Shown here in pieces: positions 1-12,500 of a DNA stretch of 62,000 bases; within the stretch, counting starts at the first letter, position 1, and each line of letters starts with the position of its first letter. Origin of the DNA: Acanthaster planci (taxonomy: Eukaryota); NCBI RefSeq assembly GCF_001949145.1, contig NW_019091404.1:682001-744000 (forward strand). The letters run 5' to 3'. The notes beneath the pieces were generated by a model, which did not search any database, was not told the origin of the DNA, and saw nothing but the letters and a program-made list of their open reading frames with translations. The translations under genes and the position numbers were made by a program.

Positions 1-928
1 ATATACCAGTTTATTCAGACACAACCTCTTTTACAAGGTCCATTTATCACTAACCTTGAACATATTAGAATGTGGTTATCCAGCAACTGGTTTGCGTGTT
101 ATATTCTGATGGAGCAAGGATTCAGAAACCTGCAGCAGCCACTTTTTGATTCAAATGGCACAGTTCACAAATAAATGACCATGTTTTGCTGTAGTTAAAA
201 TAATTAATCCACAACAAATTTCCCACAGCGTGCGACTTGGACAGATTTTGGAAGCTTTTTATAGCCAAAATACCCAGGGAGGAATAATTCTTACACCTGG
301 TACTATTTAGTTGTGGCACGTGCGCTCTTTGACAATCTGATGAACTTTACACCCAATATTACGAGGAGCTTTTAATTAGGCAAAAATAAGGAAAAAAATG
401 TCAGCCGCAAATTTGTACATGTTGAAACTAAAGAGTCACTAATATCGGAGTGGCACGTTGCGTGCATGGATTACAAGTGTTCTCAATATGATACACATGA
501 GCATCTCGGCAAGTTATTGACACCGTCCCTTATAGGTCGAAGAGGCATGTAATACACGAACTGTGCATGAGAGTGCCAACACGGTAATGGCTTCTACATT
601 CTTGTCTTAGGGTTTGTGAATATTAAAGTACCACATGGTGTCTGTTCATAAAGTGCCCATGCATGATATATCCTGAATTTAACAGAGCATGCCATTTGTT
701 ACTGGTAGCGACAAACCAGCAAAGGCCAACATTAAAGTAATGTCCAGAACATCAGACTCTGGAAATAATGATCACTATTTCCCAAACCATACTGCAACAG
801 ATCTTGCTAATGCAGTTGCATCATGACAAAGCTTAGCAAATTGCTAAGCACATGTTTTCCACGCCGGGAGTAAACTTCAGTCATGGTAGCTCTATGACAT
901 TGGCCCCGCAAGCCGACATAGGCTAGAT

Positions 929-1012
929 CCAAATTATTTCACTATGGCTTGAAAATATGCACACAACTGTGGTTGTTACTGTGCAATTTCAAGCCTCAGC
1001 GAATAAATTTGG
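929..1012. mobile_element. Short palindromic MITE-like hairpin
   Basis: Left arm CCAAATTATTTCACTATGGCTTGAAAATATGCAC aligns with the reverse complement of the right arm, CCAAATTTATTCGCTGAGGCTTGAAATTGCAC, across a ~17-nt spacer. No TSD resolved. Confidence 0.6.
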
Positions 1013-1791
1013 TTACAGCTTTAGATGGGGTTAAAGTTGTTTAATAAAAATCTGTATCACACTTGAAACTCTTGTAAAAGCTGCTTAAGACTGACCAAGA
1101 GTACGGCAACCTTGTGATCACCCATTCATCATCCATACACGGGGGATTTCATCAAGATCGCTTTTAATCAGCGATCCCCACTAACAAAAACAAAGAGCGC
1201 ATGCATGATGGACTTCATAAGCACAGGCATCTGGTCTGATCATTCTGCTACTAAGGTGCTCCATGATTACGGTGTCAATAAGCTGAAGGTGCTATAAAAT
1301 ATTATTGCAAAACGATCTTGTTGCGCACAGTATCTGCCGTATCTGCCAAACTGGGGCGGTACATCATCAGCTACTCATGTTTTACAACATGTCTTCAATT
1401 TAGAATTGGCTGCAGGTACATGTGCAGCTGTGAAACTGTCGCTTTCAAGCCTGGCTTGCTTTAATCATTCAACCACATGTGCCAGCTCTCTGGGCACTTA
1501 AATTGAGTTCTTTCTTTCTTCCATGGACAACTGAGAGTAAGTAGCACTAAAACTATCCCAGGCCATCAATGATGTCTGCTTTTCTCCCAAGGAAACTCCC
1601 CGTATCCTCTAAAATCCTCTGTTGTGTAGAAGCTAACCAAAGTACAAAGAACAAGGTACTAAACTTCTAGAAGCTCAAAAGCAACATCATTGTCATTAAC
1701 ATCATTAACATTTGGTGAGGTTTCCCCTCCTGTTTTTTCTTTGTGATGTCGCAGAATTCGGTATTGATTTCTGCCAGCTCCGCACAGCGGA

Positions 1792-1879
1792 GATCATGCC
1801 GGTCCCCGTTCCCTACATAGTGCCCAGGCGTCCCATGGCTTAAGAATAGATCAATAGGAATGGGGACCAGACCAAGATC
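1792..1879. mobile_element. Degenerate palindromic MITE-like element
   Basis: Left GATCATGCCGGTCCCCGTTCCCT versus reverse complement of right arm GATCTTGGTCTGGTCCCCATTCCTA; ~24-bp imperfect inverted repeat. Confidence 0.5.
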
Positions 1880-3489
1880 ACAGTGGCATGGTGTGTGTAG
1901 GCCCTACATGTATTATTATGCTGTAGATGTACGGTAAATGTAGGCCTACAGTACATTTGTACAGTCACATACTGTCTTTGTACACAAAATTTAGAAAGTG
2001 GAAGAAAGCAAAATTTGACTTTCAGAAAGCAGAAAATTCTGGACTTTAAGTTTCAGTCTTGTAAGCCTATCCTGGCAAGAATCAGTTGGCCGTAACCCAA
2101 TCCTTCAGTGTGATCTTTCCTTCCAAGAGTACCTTTAGTCACTTTTGTAATTCAATCAGAGCTGCAAAGATCTCACAATAGAAGAATCCGTTTCAGACAA
2201 CTATCCAAAGAACAGCAATCCCTTGGGGAGAAGAAGTGAATAAGTTGGCCACTCTTCATTTGTCTCAGCATTTGGTCCAACCCAAGTCACAGAATGTCAC
2301 TTGCAGAAAACTACCGCTGCTTCTCAGGAAAAACTCTTTGTCAATAGTACTGTGAGACAGGTATCTCGGCCTATTGGAACTGCAGGCTATTTCTCTGATG
2401 TATGTGACCTACACGGATGATGGCTAAGTGACTCCCCTGTGTTTGCAGACGTGCAAAGTGCAGCAGAAAAGAGGATATGATTTTTTCGAATGCACCACCA
2501 GCTGTGCCAACAGCCCTATCATTTTCAAGGAGCCAGGACTGTGACATATTCAGGTCAGCGACACAATATCTTGATGGTTGAGACAGGGGATGAGTTACTT
2601 CGGGATTCATAAAATTTTGTAAATCAGGCCTAATTCTTAAGGCAATCAAGAAATACCTTCGCAGAAAACATGATAAATTTTATGCTCCCAGAGTTATCAG
2701 GAGGTGTTTGGGAACACAGGGAAGTATGTGATTAAAGCCTTGAATGCCTTCACATCCTCCGCACAACTTCAACTGGGCCAGATGCTCAAAGAGCAACACA
2801 ATCCCATGACAGTGGACCAGTCTAGAAAAAAACGTGGGAGGAGGGGCTCACACTCTGCATTAAGCACTGGGAAGTAATCTCCAATGAGACTTTGAAGAGG
2901 TTAGTTTCTATTCAAATACTGGTAAACAGTTCAAGTTACAAGCTGAGTTACAAGTTACAAGCTGACAGATGGCCGGGCCTTCAACCAATCGTATTCACTA
3001 GCAATACAAGATGTGCAGCTAATACAATTTTTTTTTATGAAACTATGTCCCTCAAAAATTCCATTTCAACCAGACTCTGGAATAACACGGTTCAAAACTT
3101 TTGTCACATGGCAAAGCTATGTCTTGTAGTTCTAGATCCGAGCTCAACAAGATTATTGTTTCTTCATTTGTTTAAGAAACACTCTGCAGAAAGTTGGGTA
3201 CGGTAATATATCAAGCTGTAATATGCCTCGCATTATAGAGAGCAGGCTTAAATTAGAAATTAATTCCGTTTCTTTTCATAACTGCATCCGTGGAACTGTC
3301 TGAGGAAAAACAAAACTTGGTTTTGGTACAGCTTGTGGATAATGCAAGGAAATCACATCCTAATCATCTACATGATGGTTTTGAGATATCATCTGCCAGG
3401 CGTCTAATTAAATCAGACCTCTGTCGACCACATGCACCTGCAGAGATCTCCTGTCCTGTACAGCCATCCATTACAAGACAAAGAAACCT

Positions 3490-3710
3490 GCTGAAGAGAT
3501 GAAATTGAGGAAGAAGTAGCAATACGAACGAGAAAATCTCAAGGGGGATACAGACAAAACCTTGAAGAAGGGAATAAAAGGGATACACTATGAGGAATGA
3601 GACGAGAAAAAGAATGGGCATATTCAAAGAATTGGAACAGACAGAGAAGTATGCAACGAGACTCAATGAGGCAGCACAGAGCAGAGAGAGAGAGAGAGAA
3701 AGTAAGATCG
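3490..3710. repeat. Purine-rich low-complexity tract ending in a (GA)n microsatellite
   Basis: A/G-dominated sequence with a GAGAGA run at ~3682-3699. Confidence 0.6.
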
Positions 3711-6159
3711 ATGATGGACATTAACATCCCACCAAGGGATTAGACGATACGACCGGACACAAAAACAAGAAGACAGGCTAAGCAGATGGACTGGCGTCTA
3801 CAACGGAACATTGCTATATTCACAGGATGCATGGAACAGAGGGTGGACAGATTTTAGGGGAAAAAAAACAACAGAAGTGGAGGATTGGTAGTGTCTGGCA
3901 CGATGTAGGAACCGGCAATTAAGTCAATCAGTGCACGTCCGTGAAACACACCACCCACCCTCCCAGCTGCTGCGCCTCCTGTTTAAAAAGACGGAACAAG
4001 AGTAGAAAATAAAAACAAATACAAGCATAGCGAGACAACAACAAAAAACCAAACAAACTGATATCTGCCAGCATCCCATCTGAGTGACCTCAACATTTTG
4101 ATAGATTGGGGGGAGGTCTCAAGGTGTCGAGCTGTATAACTCATTCCTTTCTTGTACAAATTACAAGGATATTCCCGTCCAGTAATACCAAACACACATC
4201 AGCGTATGACCTATCACAAATCTTTATCTGTTGGTTTTCTGTGTTAGTTTTTCTCTATAATGTGGCTGTAATCTTCCCATCGTTTACAAAGAGGAAAATG
4301 ATGTAATCTTTATATGAAATGGAGACTGACAAAAGCAGACAAAAAAAACCAGCAAAAAACAAAAAACATTAAAAAAAATCCCAACCAGGGGACGGGCAAA
4401 ACATGTCAAAAAGCAGGTTTTAAGTACAGGTATTAAACAACCAACTCCAAGGCTGCCATCAACTAGATCTGTTACAGGGTACACAAAATGCTGCAAAACA
4501 AATTAGGCTGTCTGGTCTTCCTGTGACATCCCAGCGAATTGAAGCAGATGGGAGGAGTTGTATTGCAGCCCCCCCCCCTCAGTCGCCAGTGATGCACTTA
4601 CTTCAATTGGAAAACAAAATGCAGCACCTCAGCTAACAACCTCCCCCCCCCCCAAAAAAAAAATTCTCCGAGCACAGCTCATCTGCCTAAAAGCGTCCCT
4701 CTGGAGCAGGTACCTACATTTAAGTGGGCACAAAATGAGACACCACGGATGCCATTAGACACAGGATCTCTGAGAAATAGGATATTTTCGTTGGCGTGAC
4801 GGCAGGTTCTGAAGACAGGTATTAACAGTAACTGCTTTTCTCTGAGTTGTTCACAGTTTTGCCACAAAGTTACTTTCACAACAAAATCTTACTTTAATTT
4901 TTTTCACAGAAAAAGGTCACCGTTAGGAGTGATATTTTAAGTTCAAAGCTCACATGATCCTCAGGCTTCAGAAATTTTCTTTTGAGCCTCCAAGGGAATC
5001 AACTGGATATAAACTGAATTTGATGAGACACTGATTCAAATGACTCTCATTGTAATGGATGAACCTCGCCCACACCTAGATAAACGACAACTAAAAAAAA
5101 GGATGGCGTGTTTGTCAAAGTCTTCAAATTGCACCCAGCTTGGATTAGTGTCTGCTTTACATGCCAAATAACATCATTTTCAGCACGGATCTATTCACTT
5201 TAAAATGTCAGAGTGTCACAGACCTCTTCAAATCATCAAAAACAAATACCGATTTCCATCAAATGCCAGGATTTAAATGTCAGAATATTTATGGCTTCAT
5301 TGTGCACAGGTATTGTTTGCATGAATCTCTCTCCCCAAACAGAGGAAGATTGTGGGAAGAGAAAAGAAGAAAAGAAAAAGGAAATTATCTGAAAAAATGA
5401 CACCAGATCCTTGTCTTTGTTGAATACTATATCACATTCAAAGCTAGCACAGTGAAGGCTCTGCCCTTGGCATTTCAGATTTTTCTGGTTTGTTTTTGAA
5501 ATTTTCTTGAGCCTTTTCAGAGGGGAAGTAGGGTCGGAAGGTTGCCTTTCATCTTTGGCTTTTGGATGTCATTTGTGTGGGAAGCATTGCTTTGATAACA
5601 CAAAACTATAGATTTTTTGCAAGCATGGTCCCCCAACAGTTTGTGTCATTTTCACTGCCAATGGGCCATTAGGGATATTAGGTGAAATTAAGGCTTATTT
5701 CAAGAGGGGTAAATTGTGTGTCATGGTTCCTCCTTTATTGGAGATGTAGTGGTACAGCCACAAGGCCATGAAGGAGCACAATGTAGCCCCAATTTACAAG
5801 CCTAGGGTGCAGGTTATTACAAGAATATCTAGTCCAGAGGGATTCCTACAATGCAATTCATGTCTTAGAACAGGACAGGCATGCAACACAAGGTGTTGAT
5901 CAGTCAAAGTCCTTTGTTTTATATATTACACAAGAACGGGAGTTTACCACTCTTTAAGTTGAAAAAGACGACGAGGATACTTGTCAGGAGAAAGGAGAGC
6001 ATGCAAGCCTTCTTTACAGTGAAGTAACCCTTGCTTCTCCCCCCCCCAAAAAAATCACTTTCAAACTTCAGCAACTCAAAGTTGAGTGAATAATGGTGTA
6101 AGGCATACATGGTAGGAACATGGGCACGCATACCAGTGGTGTAATTACTCAGGGCAGAT

Positions 6160-6197
6160 CGGGGGGGGGGGAGGGGGGGGGAAGAAGGGGGAAAGGG
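6160..6197 (+). repeat. G-run tract, potential G-quadruplex
   Basis: Four runs of 3 or more G (G12, G9, G6, G3) separated by short A-rich loops. Quadruplex formation is inference. Confidence 0.5.
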
Positions 6198-9100
6198 ACA
6201 TGAGACACTGAGATAGTAGAGACATTAAGAAGCTTTTTGCCGTTCAGTACTACAATGAATTCAAGGTATGGCCTATCCAGAAAAAAATGATACCCCATCC
6301 ATTAAGTTCCCTTTAAAATTGACCCGTGTTACCCTGGCTACTGAGCAGCACAGCTGTCTCAGAATACCAAATTCCAATTCGACTTGCTTCACTTTCCAGT
6401 TACACAAGGCGGGGTAGAGCAGGAACAGTGACCTACAGACCAGTTCCTTCCCTGGCCAGCACTAATGGATCTGTTATGAGACATCAATTGATTTTTTCCT
6501 AGGCTTCCGATCCCCCCTCCCCCCTTAATTTTCTTCGGTGGATGGCATCTCTCACTCCTCTGTCACTGAGACACTCATGCTGAGGAGAAAAGTTCAAGGA
6601 ATTAGGTGACTCCAGCCTTCCGTGCATGTTTTTCTTTCAACACTGGGACCAAATTCACTTTCAACTTGTGCATTTTAACCCTGTCTTTATCAAAGCTCTT
6701 TTATCTCTTTTTGTATTTGGCACAAATGTTGCTTTGGAAAGAACATTAAGAGTCTTATTCCTTGGGAAAGGGAGAGTATTAGCAGTTTTTTTTTTAAGCA
6801 AGCACACCCTTTGACCTGAAATATCATGTATTAGAAATTTGCTTCCTTTTCACACATGGTTTTAAAACATTACAGAAATGTGCAGCAGGCACATAACCAA
6901 ACCATAATGAATTACCATTTACCGAATATTTCATCCAGATGTAAACTGCCGATCATGATCAAGGTTATGCGTTGCTGGCGTCTCCATAGTGTCTCAGAGG
7001 CTGTTTTTGTTATTTTAATTTAGTTACAACAAATGCACAAGAGGTTTACTCAAGCCTATGCCAGTGATACAAAAACTCCTGCCTTCTGAGGACATGTTAA
7101 TGCATATTTTTGCCAGAGTGCTTAGAAATCAAAAGTGAACTACAAAGGAAACACAAGTGTAATCAGAAAGGAGTCTAAAGATCAGCTTGTTCAAATGTGG
7201 TACTGAACACTGACAAGACAAATACAGATCATTAAACTTTTACTGGTCAAGTCCCCTCTTCAAAACAAAATTAACAAAGAAGCACATGTAAGACAGGCCA
7301 TCAAAACAAACTTTATTGCACTGATCAAAGCGACCAAAAAAAAAAGACAACAATGAGCAAAATGAATAAACTTCACCTCCAAGGGCTGAATGCATCAGGC
7401 AGACTGAGCGCTCTCTTCCTGTGACGGAAAGGGGGTATCACCAGCAGTTGTCCTTCCACTCTAAGTTCTGTCATTGGGGTGTTACAGGCCACAGAGCCCC
7501 GCCTCCACGACCGCCGATTGAACCTCTTCAAGTGTGCCATTTTCAAAGTTCACTTATCTATCAGCGGCAATGTGTTCTGATGAATACTGAAGTTTTGAAA
7601 GTTTAAAGGTCTAAAACTTGAGAATGTTGCAGGCAGGAATTCAGCAACGCAGTAATGAAGCAGACAGTGGGCGTTGCCCACTCATCATCTTCACTGTTGG
7701 AAATTTCTTTTGTCACTGATCATGCCAAGGCCAAGCCAGTCACTGAGATAAACACTTGAGCACAAACAGATCAACAGACCCGGCAAAAATCACAATGAAG
7801 TTGATTTTTCCCCAAGCAGTCACTACAGTCAAGTATTTCTGCAACTTTGGAAAAATGAATGAAGCGAACGATTGTCAGTTAATTTCCCTGACGTAATTGT
7901 GAATTGGAGACTTATCCAGGACCCCATCCAGGGCAAATGACAGAGAAATTTCAAAGGTGCATGCTCCACTGAAACATTCCTGCAGCAGACTGGATTAACT
8001 CTCCAGTGATCTGAGTCAAACTCCACGGTCTGGTTGACCTATGATAGGACAGAATCTGATAGGCTACACAGATGACTGGTTGACCACAGCTGCAAGCACA
8101 AGCCATGGGCGGATTCACATGAACCGTGCAAATTTCCATGTGCAACAATGTGACCCAGTGAATGTCAAAAGGTTCCCTTCCCCACAAATGGCCAACAGAT
8201 GAAGGGAGGAAGAAAGTTGATGATTTACAGACAAGGCGAGCTGGGCGATTCCAGTGCCTGGCTACACCAGTATTGCACCTGCCTGACAACTCCTGAAGGC
8301 CTGACGTGCCTTAATTGCTGGAGCCTTGGAATCTCTCATTTGTCGGCAAATAGCGGGCCATGCTTCGTGTACTTCTGTCCACAAATCACTAAGACTCTGT
8401 GAAGATTTTCTCTTGTCGTCACCGTCCAGCCTATTAGTAAACTTCATCAACTGTAGAATGACAATGATGACACACAGTTTGGCAAGGTTTAATGATCTGC
8501 CCGTCTTTGCTCGGTGATTAGTTCTTGCTGAAGATGTCACAGATCAGAGATGTTACAGCAAAAACAAATGCAATGCCTATGGCTTGGCACGTTGCAATCT
8601 GCCCACTCTATCAATTTTTTTTCTCCAATATCTCTTGATTAAATCTACAGCTCTTTGGCATGTCTCAGGTAAGCTGAAAATCAATTTTCACCATTTCAAC
8701 AGCTTGGAAAAGCATTGAGCAGAAATTCCACATATTTAAAATGAAAAAAAATTTACAAGCGGAAGCGACAACAGTCCAGTCAGTGAGATTTGGATGTGTA
8801 CACTGGTATCAGTTCCAATTAATGCAACGGATTTAGGACTCCAGAAGACCATCAGGATTTCAGATATAAATGTGTCCGACAGGCCAAACAACAAGCTTAC
8901 CAGTGACGGCTCAGACCCACATCCCCCTACAGCTGCTAAAAGCACTCACTCAAAAATCCTGGCTCATTAAGAATGTTTGATGAGCTGCCGACTAAGGAGC
9001 ATGCAGATGCCAAACTAAGTGGGACAGTCGGCAAACGCAGGGAGTGTGATATCCTATCGGTGCACTCAAGTTAAAGGCCCCTGTGCAGATAGCCTCAATG

Positions 9101-9452
9101 TTGGGTGCTTTCTCTCCAAGATGCCTTGCACCTGAGTGGCTATCCACTGATCTCCAACTGTTCAACCAAGTAGCAATCACGTCCATCCAATATTCTGCTC
9201 ATGGATATGCATCTGCTACCTGTTCTCTGATTGGATGCCAAATTTCCTTTGACAAATGGCCTGTCATATCCAAAACTGCATGTCTAATGTCAGGATGAGG
9301 GAATCTAATCTTAAGAATTGACTGAATTGGTTCCTAATCTGATCCACAATGAATTAATGAGCTCTTCTCCACTCTCCTCATGAATAATTCATGTTCACAC
9401 TTGACTTGCAATCAGAGATGAAACACCATTACACACAAGGCTTGAGCTTGAA

Positions 9453-9514
9453 GTTTGTCCAGTCTGCTCATGAATTACTCAGTGTTTGTCCAACCTGCTC
9501 ATGAATTATTCAGT
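9453..9514 (+). repeat. 31-bp tandem duplication carrying CTCATGAATTA(C/T)TCA
   Basis: GTTTGTCCAGTCTGCTCATGAATTACTCAGT followed by GTTTGTCCAACCTGCTCATGAATTATTCAGT. Confidence 0.85.
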
Positions 9515-12500
9515 GCATCTTCCATTTACCTGCACTCAAGCCAGAACATTCATCATCAAAAAACTAAGATGCAACAGAGCAGTTCACAGCATCAGGCATT
9601 GATTTCAGGAAACGGGTCTCATTTGCAGGTATTGATCTGCCTCGTATAACAACACTGCTGTGTTGTCCCAAGCTAGGTGGGCCCAACTAGAACAAGATTT
9701 TCACAGCTGGGCATAAATAACTGTCGGCCAGAAAGCATCGACTTCAAAACCCTGCCATTGCAATGCGAGAGCTATTTGCATCGTCCAGTCTACAGGAATT
9801 TGTCTGTTGAGCAGACATGGAGAGTTGTTCAAATTATTATTACAGGGGGCACAAGTTCAAATGCTTCATGAAGTAGCTCACACTGTCTTGCAAGGAGGAT
9901 TTCGTTCGCCATCCAATTCGAGTTAGCAGAACAAAACAGTACAATTATGCTAGCTCCTGAGCTCTCTGCAACAGAAATGCAGTTTCTTTTGAAGATGCAA
10001 TAGGCTGCTAATCTACACAAAATGGACGTAGATTAAAACTGCATCAATCTGGCTGGTACTCAATTCCACAGGAAAACAAAACGCTCCATAAAAAGCAACA
10101 ATTCCCACAGGGTACACATCTCAGTAATGAGGTTGCCTCTTCCCTTTTTCCCCCCCGGAAAGCCGACTGCGAATCCCAGAGATGCATTTTAATGCAAACC
10201 GGACAATCTCTAAGCAACGCGTCTCAAGTCATGGCAGTGGTGAGTCCATTAAAACACCAGGATATTATCGGGGCTGGAGAGCACAGAAGCCAGACCACTT
10301 AGGGGCCAAATTTGCTCAGACAGTGTAAGGGCTTTATGTAGACCATCGATCTTCACTGTCCAGTAGGCTTTCGCAGATGGTGCATTTTGTCAACTTGGTG
10401 TCTCGCTTGATTCGGCACAAAGAATGAATGTTCACAGTGTGCAATGCATTACAGTTATTTTGCTTGGAAAGAGACAATCAGCCAGCAGTGTCAAATTTAA
10501 TAAGGCAACGTCAAAAGGAGTTCTCAGCATTGTATGTACTCCATGATGCAAGGTAGCTCAGACAAATGAATATTATCGTAGCATTAAATGATGCCTACAA
10601 AGCAGTAGGTAAGCCAGCCAAGATGTACGTACGTTGACAATGCCGCACGAAAAGCAAGTTGAAGCCGTTTCCAAGTCAGTCAATCCTTCTGGTCATTCCA
10701 CACTATACACCTCAGTTCATTCAGCTTGAACGACTTTGCCGGTCCCTAGGTTTTGTTATGAGATGTATGCTAGGATCAAATAAGATTGGGCAATTCAACA
10801 CATCCCATAGTCTGACTTTAACAGCCGATGTAGACAGACACTATCTGCTTTGACTGTATTCAACCCGAGAAAGGAAACTTATCTGTAGGAAGTTTCACCG
10901 GATCTATTTTTTAACGTAAAATGATCATATTTTGTTTTTTTCCTAGAAGCACTCCATTAGCACAGATTTGGGCCACATCAGCCATTAGCCGTAGATCAGC
11001 ATGACCAGTAATTTGTGTCTATCGTGCCTTATAATTGAACCATTTTGTCAACAGAGGTGTTGAAACATCGTTCCTTCCATCAATCTGAGACGTGCACATC
11101 TCCCGCTGTAAAGTGCTCCGTTGGGGAAAATGAGGAGCCTCCCTCAGCACCACAAACTGCCAACTCCAAAACAAGCTGGAAAAACGGCAGAAATGTGGTC
11201 ACGAGCCATCTCGGGGAAGAGGCATCCAAGTAAACAACGTGGGTGTGTGGTCTCCACCATGTCTAACACAGGGAGGATTGCATGGCTGGACACATCTCCT
11301 CAATGTTGATTGCACACAGGTACTTTTCTCAGACACCCCCCCCTGTGATGAAATGGCAACATCCACTCCTGCGTTGCTGCGTCACTATGGCAACCAGACA
11401 TTTCCACTCTGTCACAAAAGCCCCTGTGACTACCTGAAGCTTTACCAGTTAAGCACCAGAAAAAAAAATCGAATGTACGTCACTCGCCTATATTTGCACA
11501 ATTTTTTCTCTCCTTTTCTTCTCCAACCACCAGAGATTTTTGTTGTAGCTTTGTATTTTTCTCTACAAAGTCAAGGACGATGACAACTTTAATTGTTTTC
11601 CAGGACAGCCTTCTCCTTGACGTTTCCTCTGGAATTACTTGGTTGTTTAGATGATTCAGTAGGCTTCATTCAACTTTTTTTATGTCCAAATCATCAATTT
11701 CTTTACTGAGGAATCAGAAGGTAATTTATTAAGGTGAGCTCAACATTTTCTTCCATGACAATAAGCAGTTATCTCTTCTTATAAATGCACTGCATGGAAG
11801 GAGTTGCATTTCCTAGCACAGATAATAGAAATTCTCTATGCCCACCTTTCTCGACCAACTAAGAACAAACACTTGTGTTTCTGAATCTGTTCAGAGAAGC
11901 AATAAAGTCACCAGACAACCTGCTGTCACTCAAAATGAATATTAATCCTATCAATTATAACTGTATTAACCCACTTCTCTAAGGAAAATAATTGATTTGA
12001 CTTTTTGTGTTGAACCACAAAAAAAAGGTTTTTTAGGGGAAACAAATCTCTTTTTGACCTTTGGCCCTTTTATTTTCATCTCCCTTGCACATTCTGTTTT
12101 TCATTGAAAAGGCAGCCTATATCACACAGTCCAATTATTTGCTTTCAGCTTCCAAGCGAGGCTGTCGCGCTGTGATATTTCAGAGAGAAGAAAATGCCAC
12201 AGCCACAAGCCATTCTGCCCACACTGTCTCCTTCCAACTATCCTTTCTAGCCTCCGGGTCTGTTATTGGAAATGCCGCCTCTCTTGACTCAAGCTCACAA
12301 TTCAGACAATGCCCAGGTACTGTCCCCACTCCCACGCACTGGGTTTTCTCTTCTTCTCGCATCAGTTTAAACTGTCTTATCAGTCACAACTGAATGATGA
12401 TCCTTGAATTCCTTTTAAAAAGGGATGACTCTTGATGCCATCTCGGCGGCTTCTTCAGATATAAAATAGTTACCAGTCTGTCAAACAAAAGTGACTTCCT

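Noticed and set aside
3364..3666. Hydrophobic 100-aa minus-strand ORF resembling a membrane protein
   Set aside because: The F/L/S richness is an artefact of the purine-rich plus-strand tract.
8230..8292. miR-92-like TATTGCACCTGCC
   Set aside because: Seed match only; the 3' part diverges and the precursor pairing is poor.
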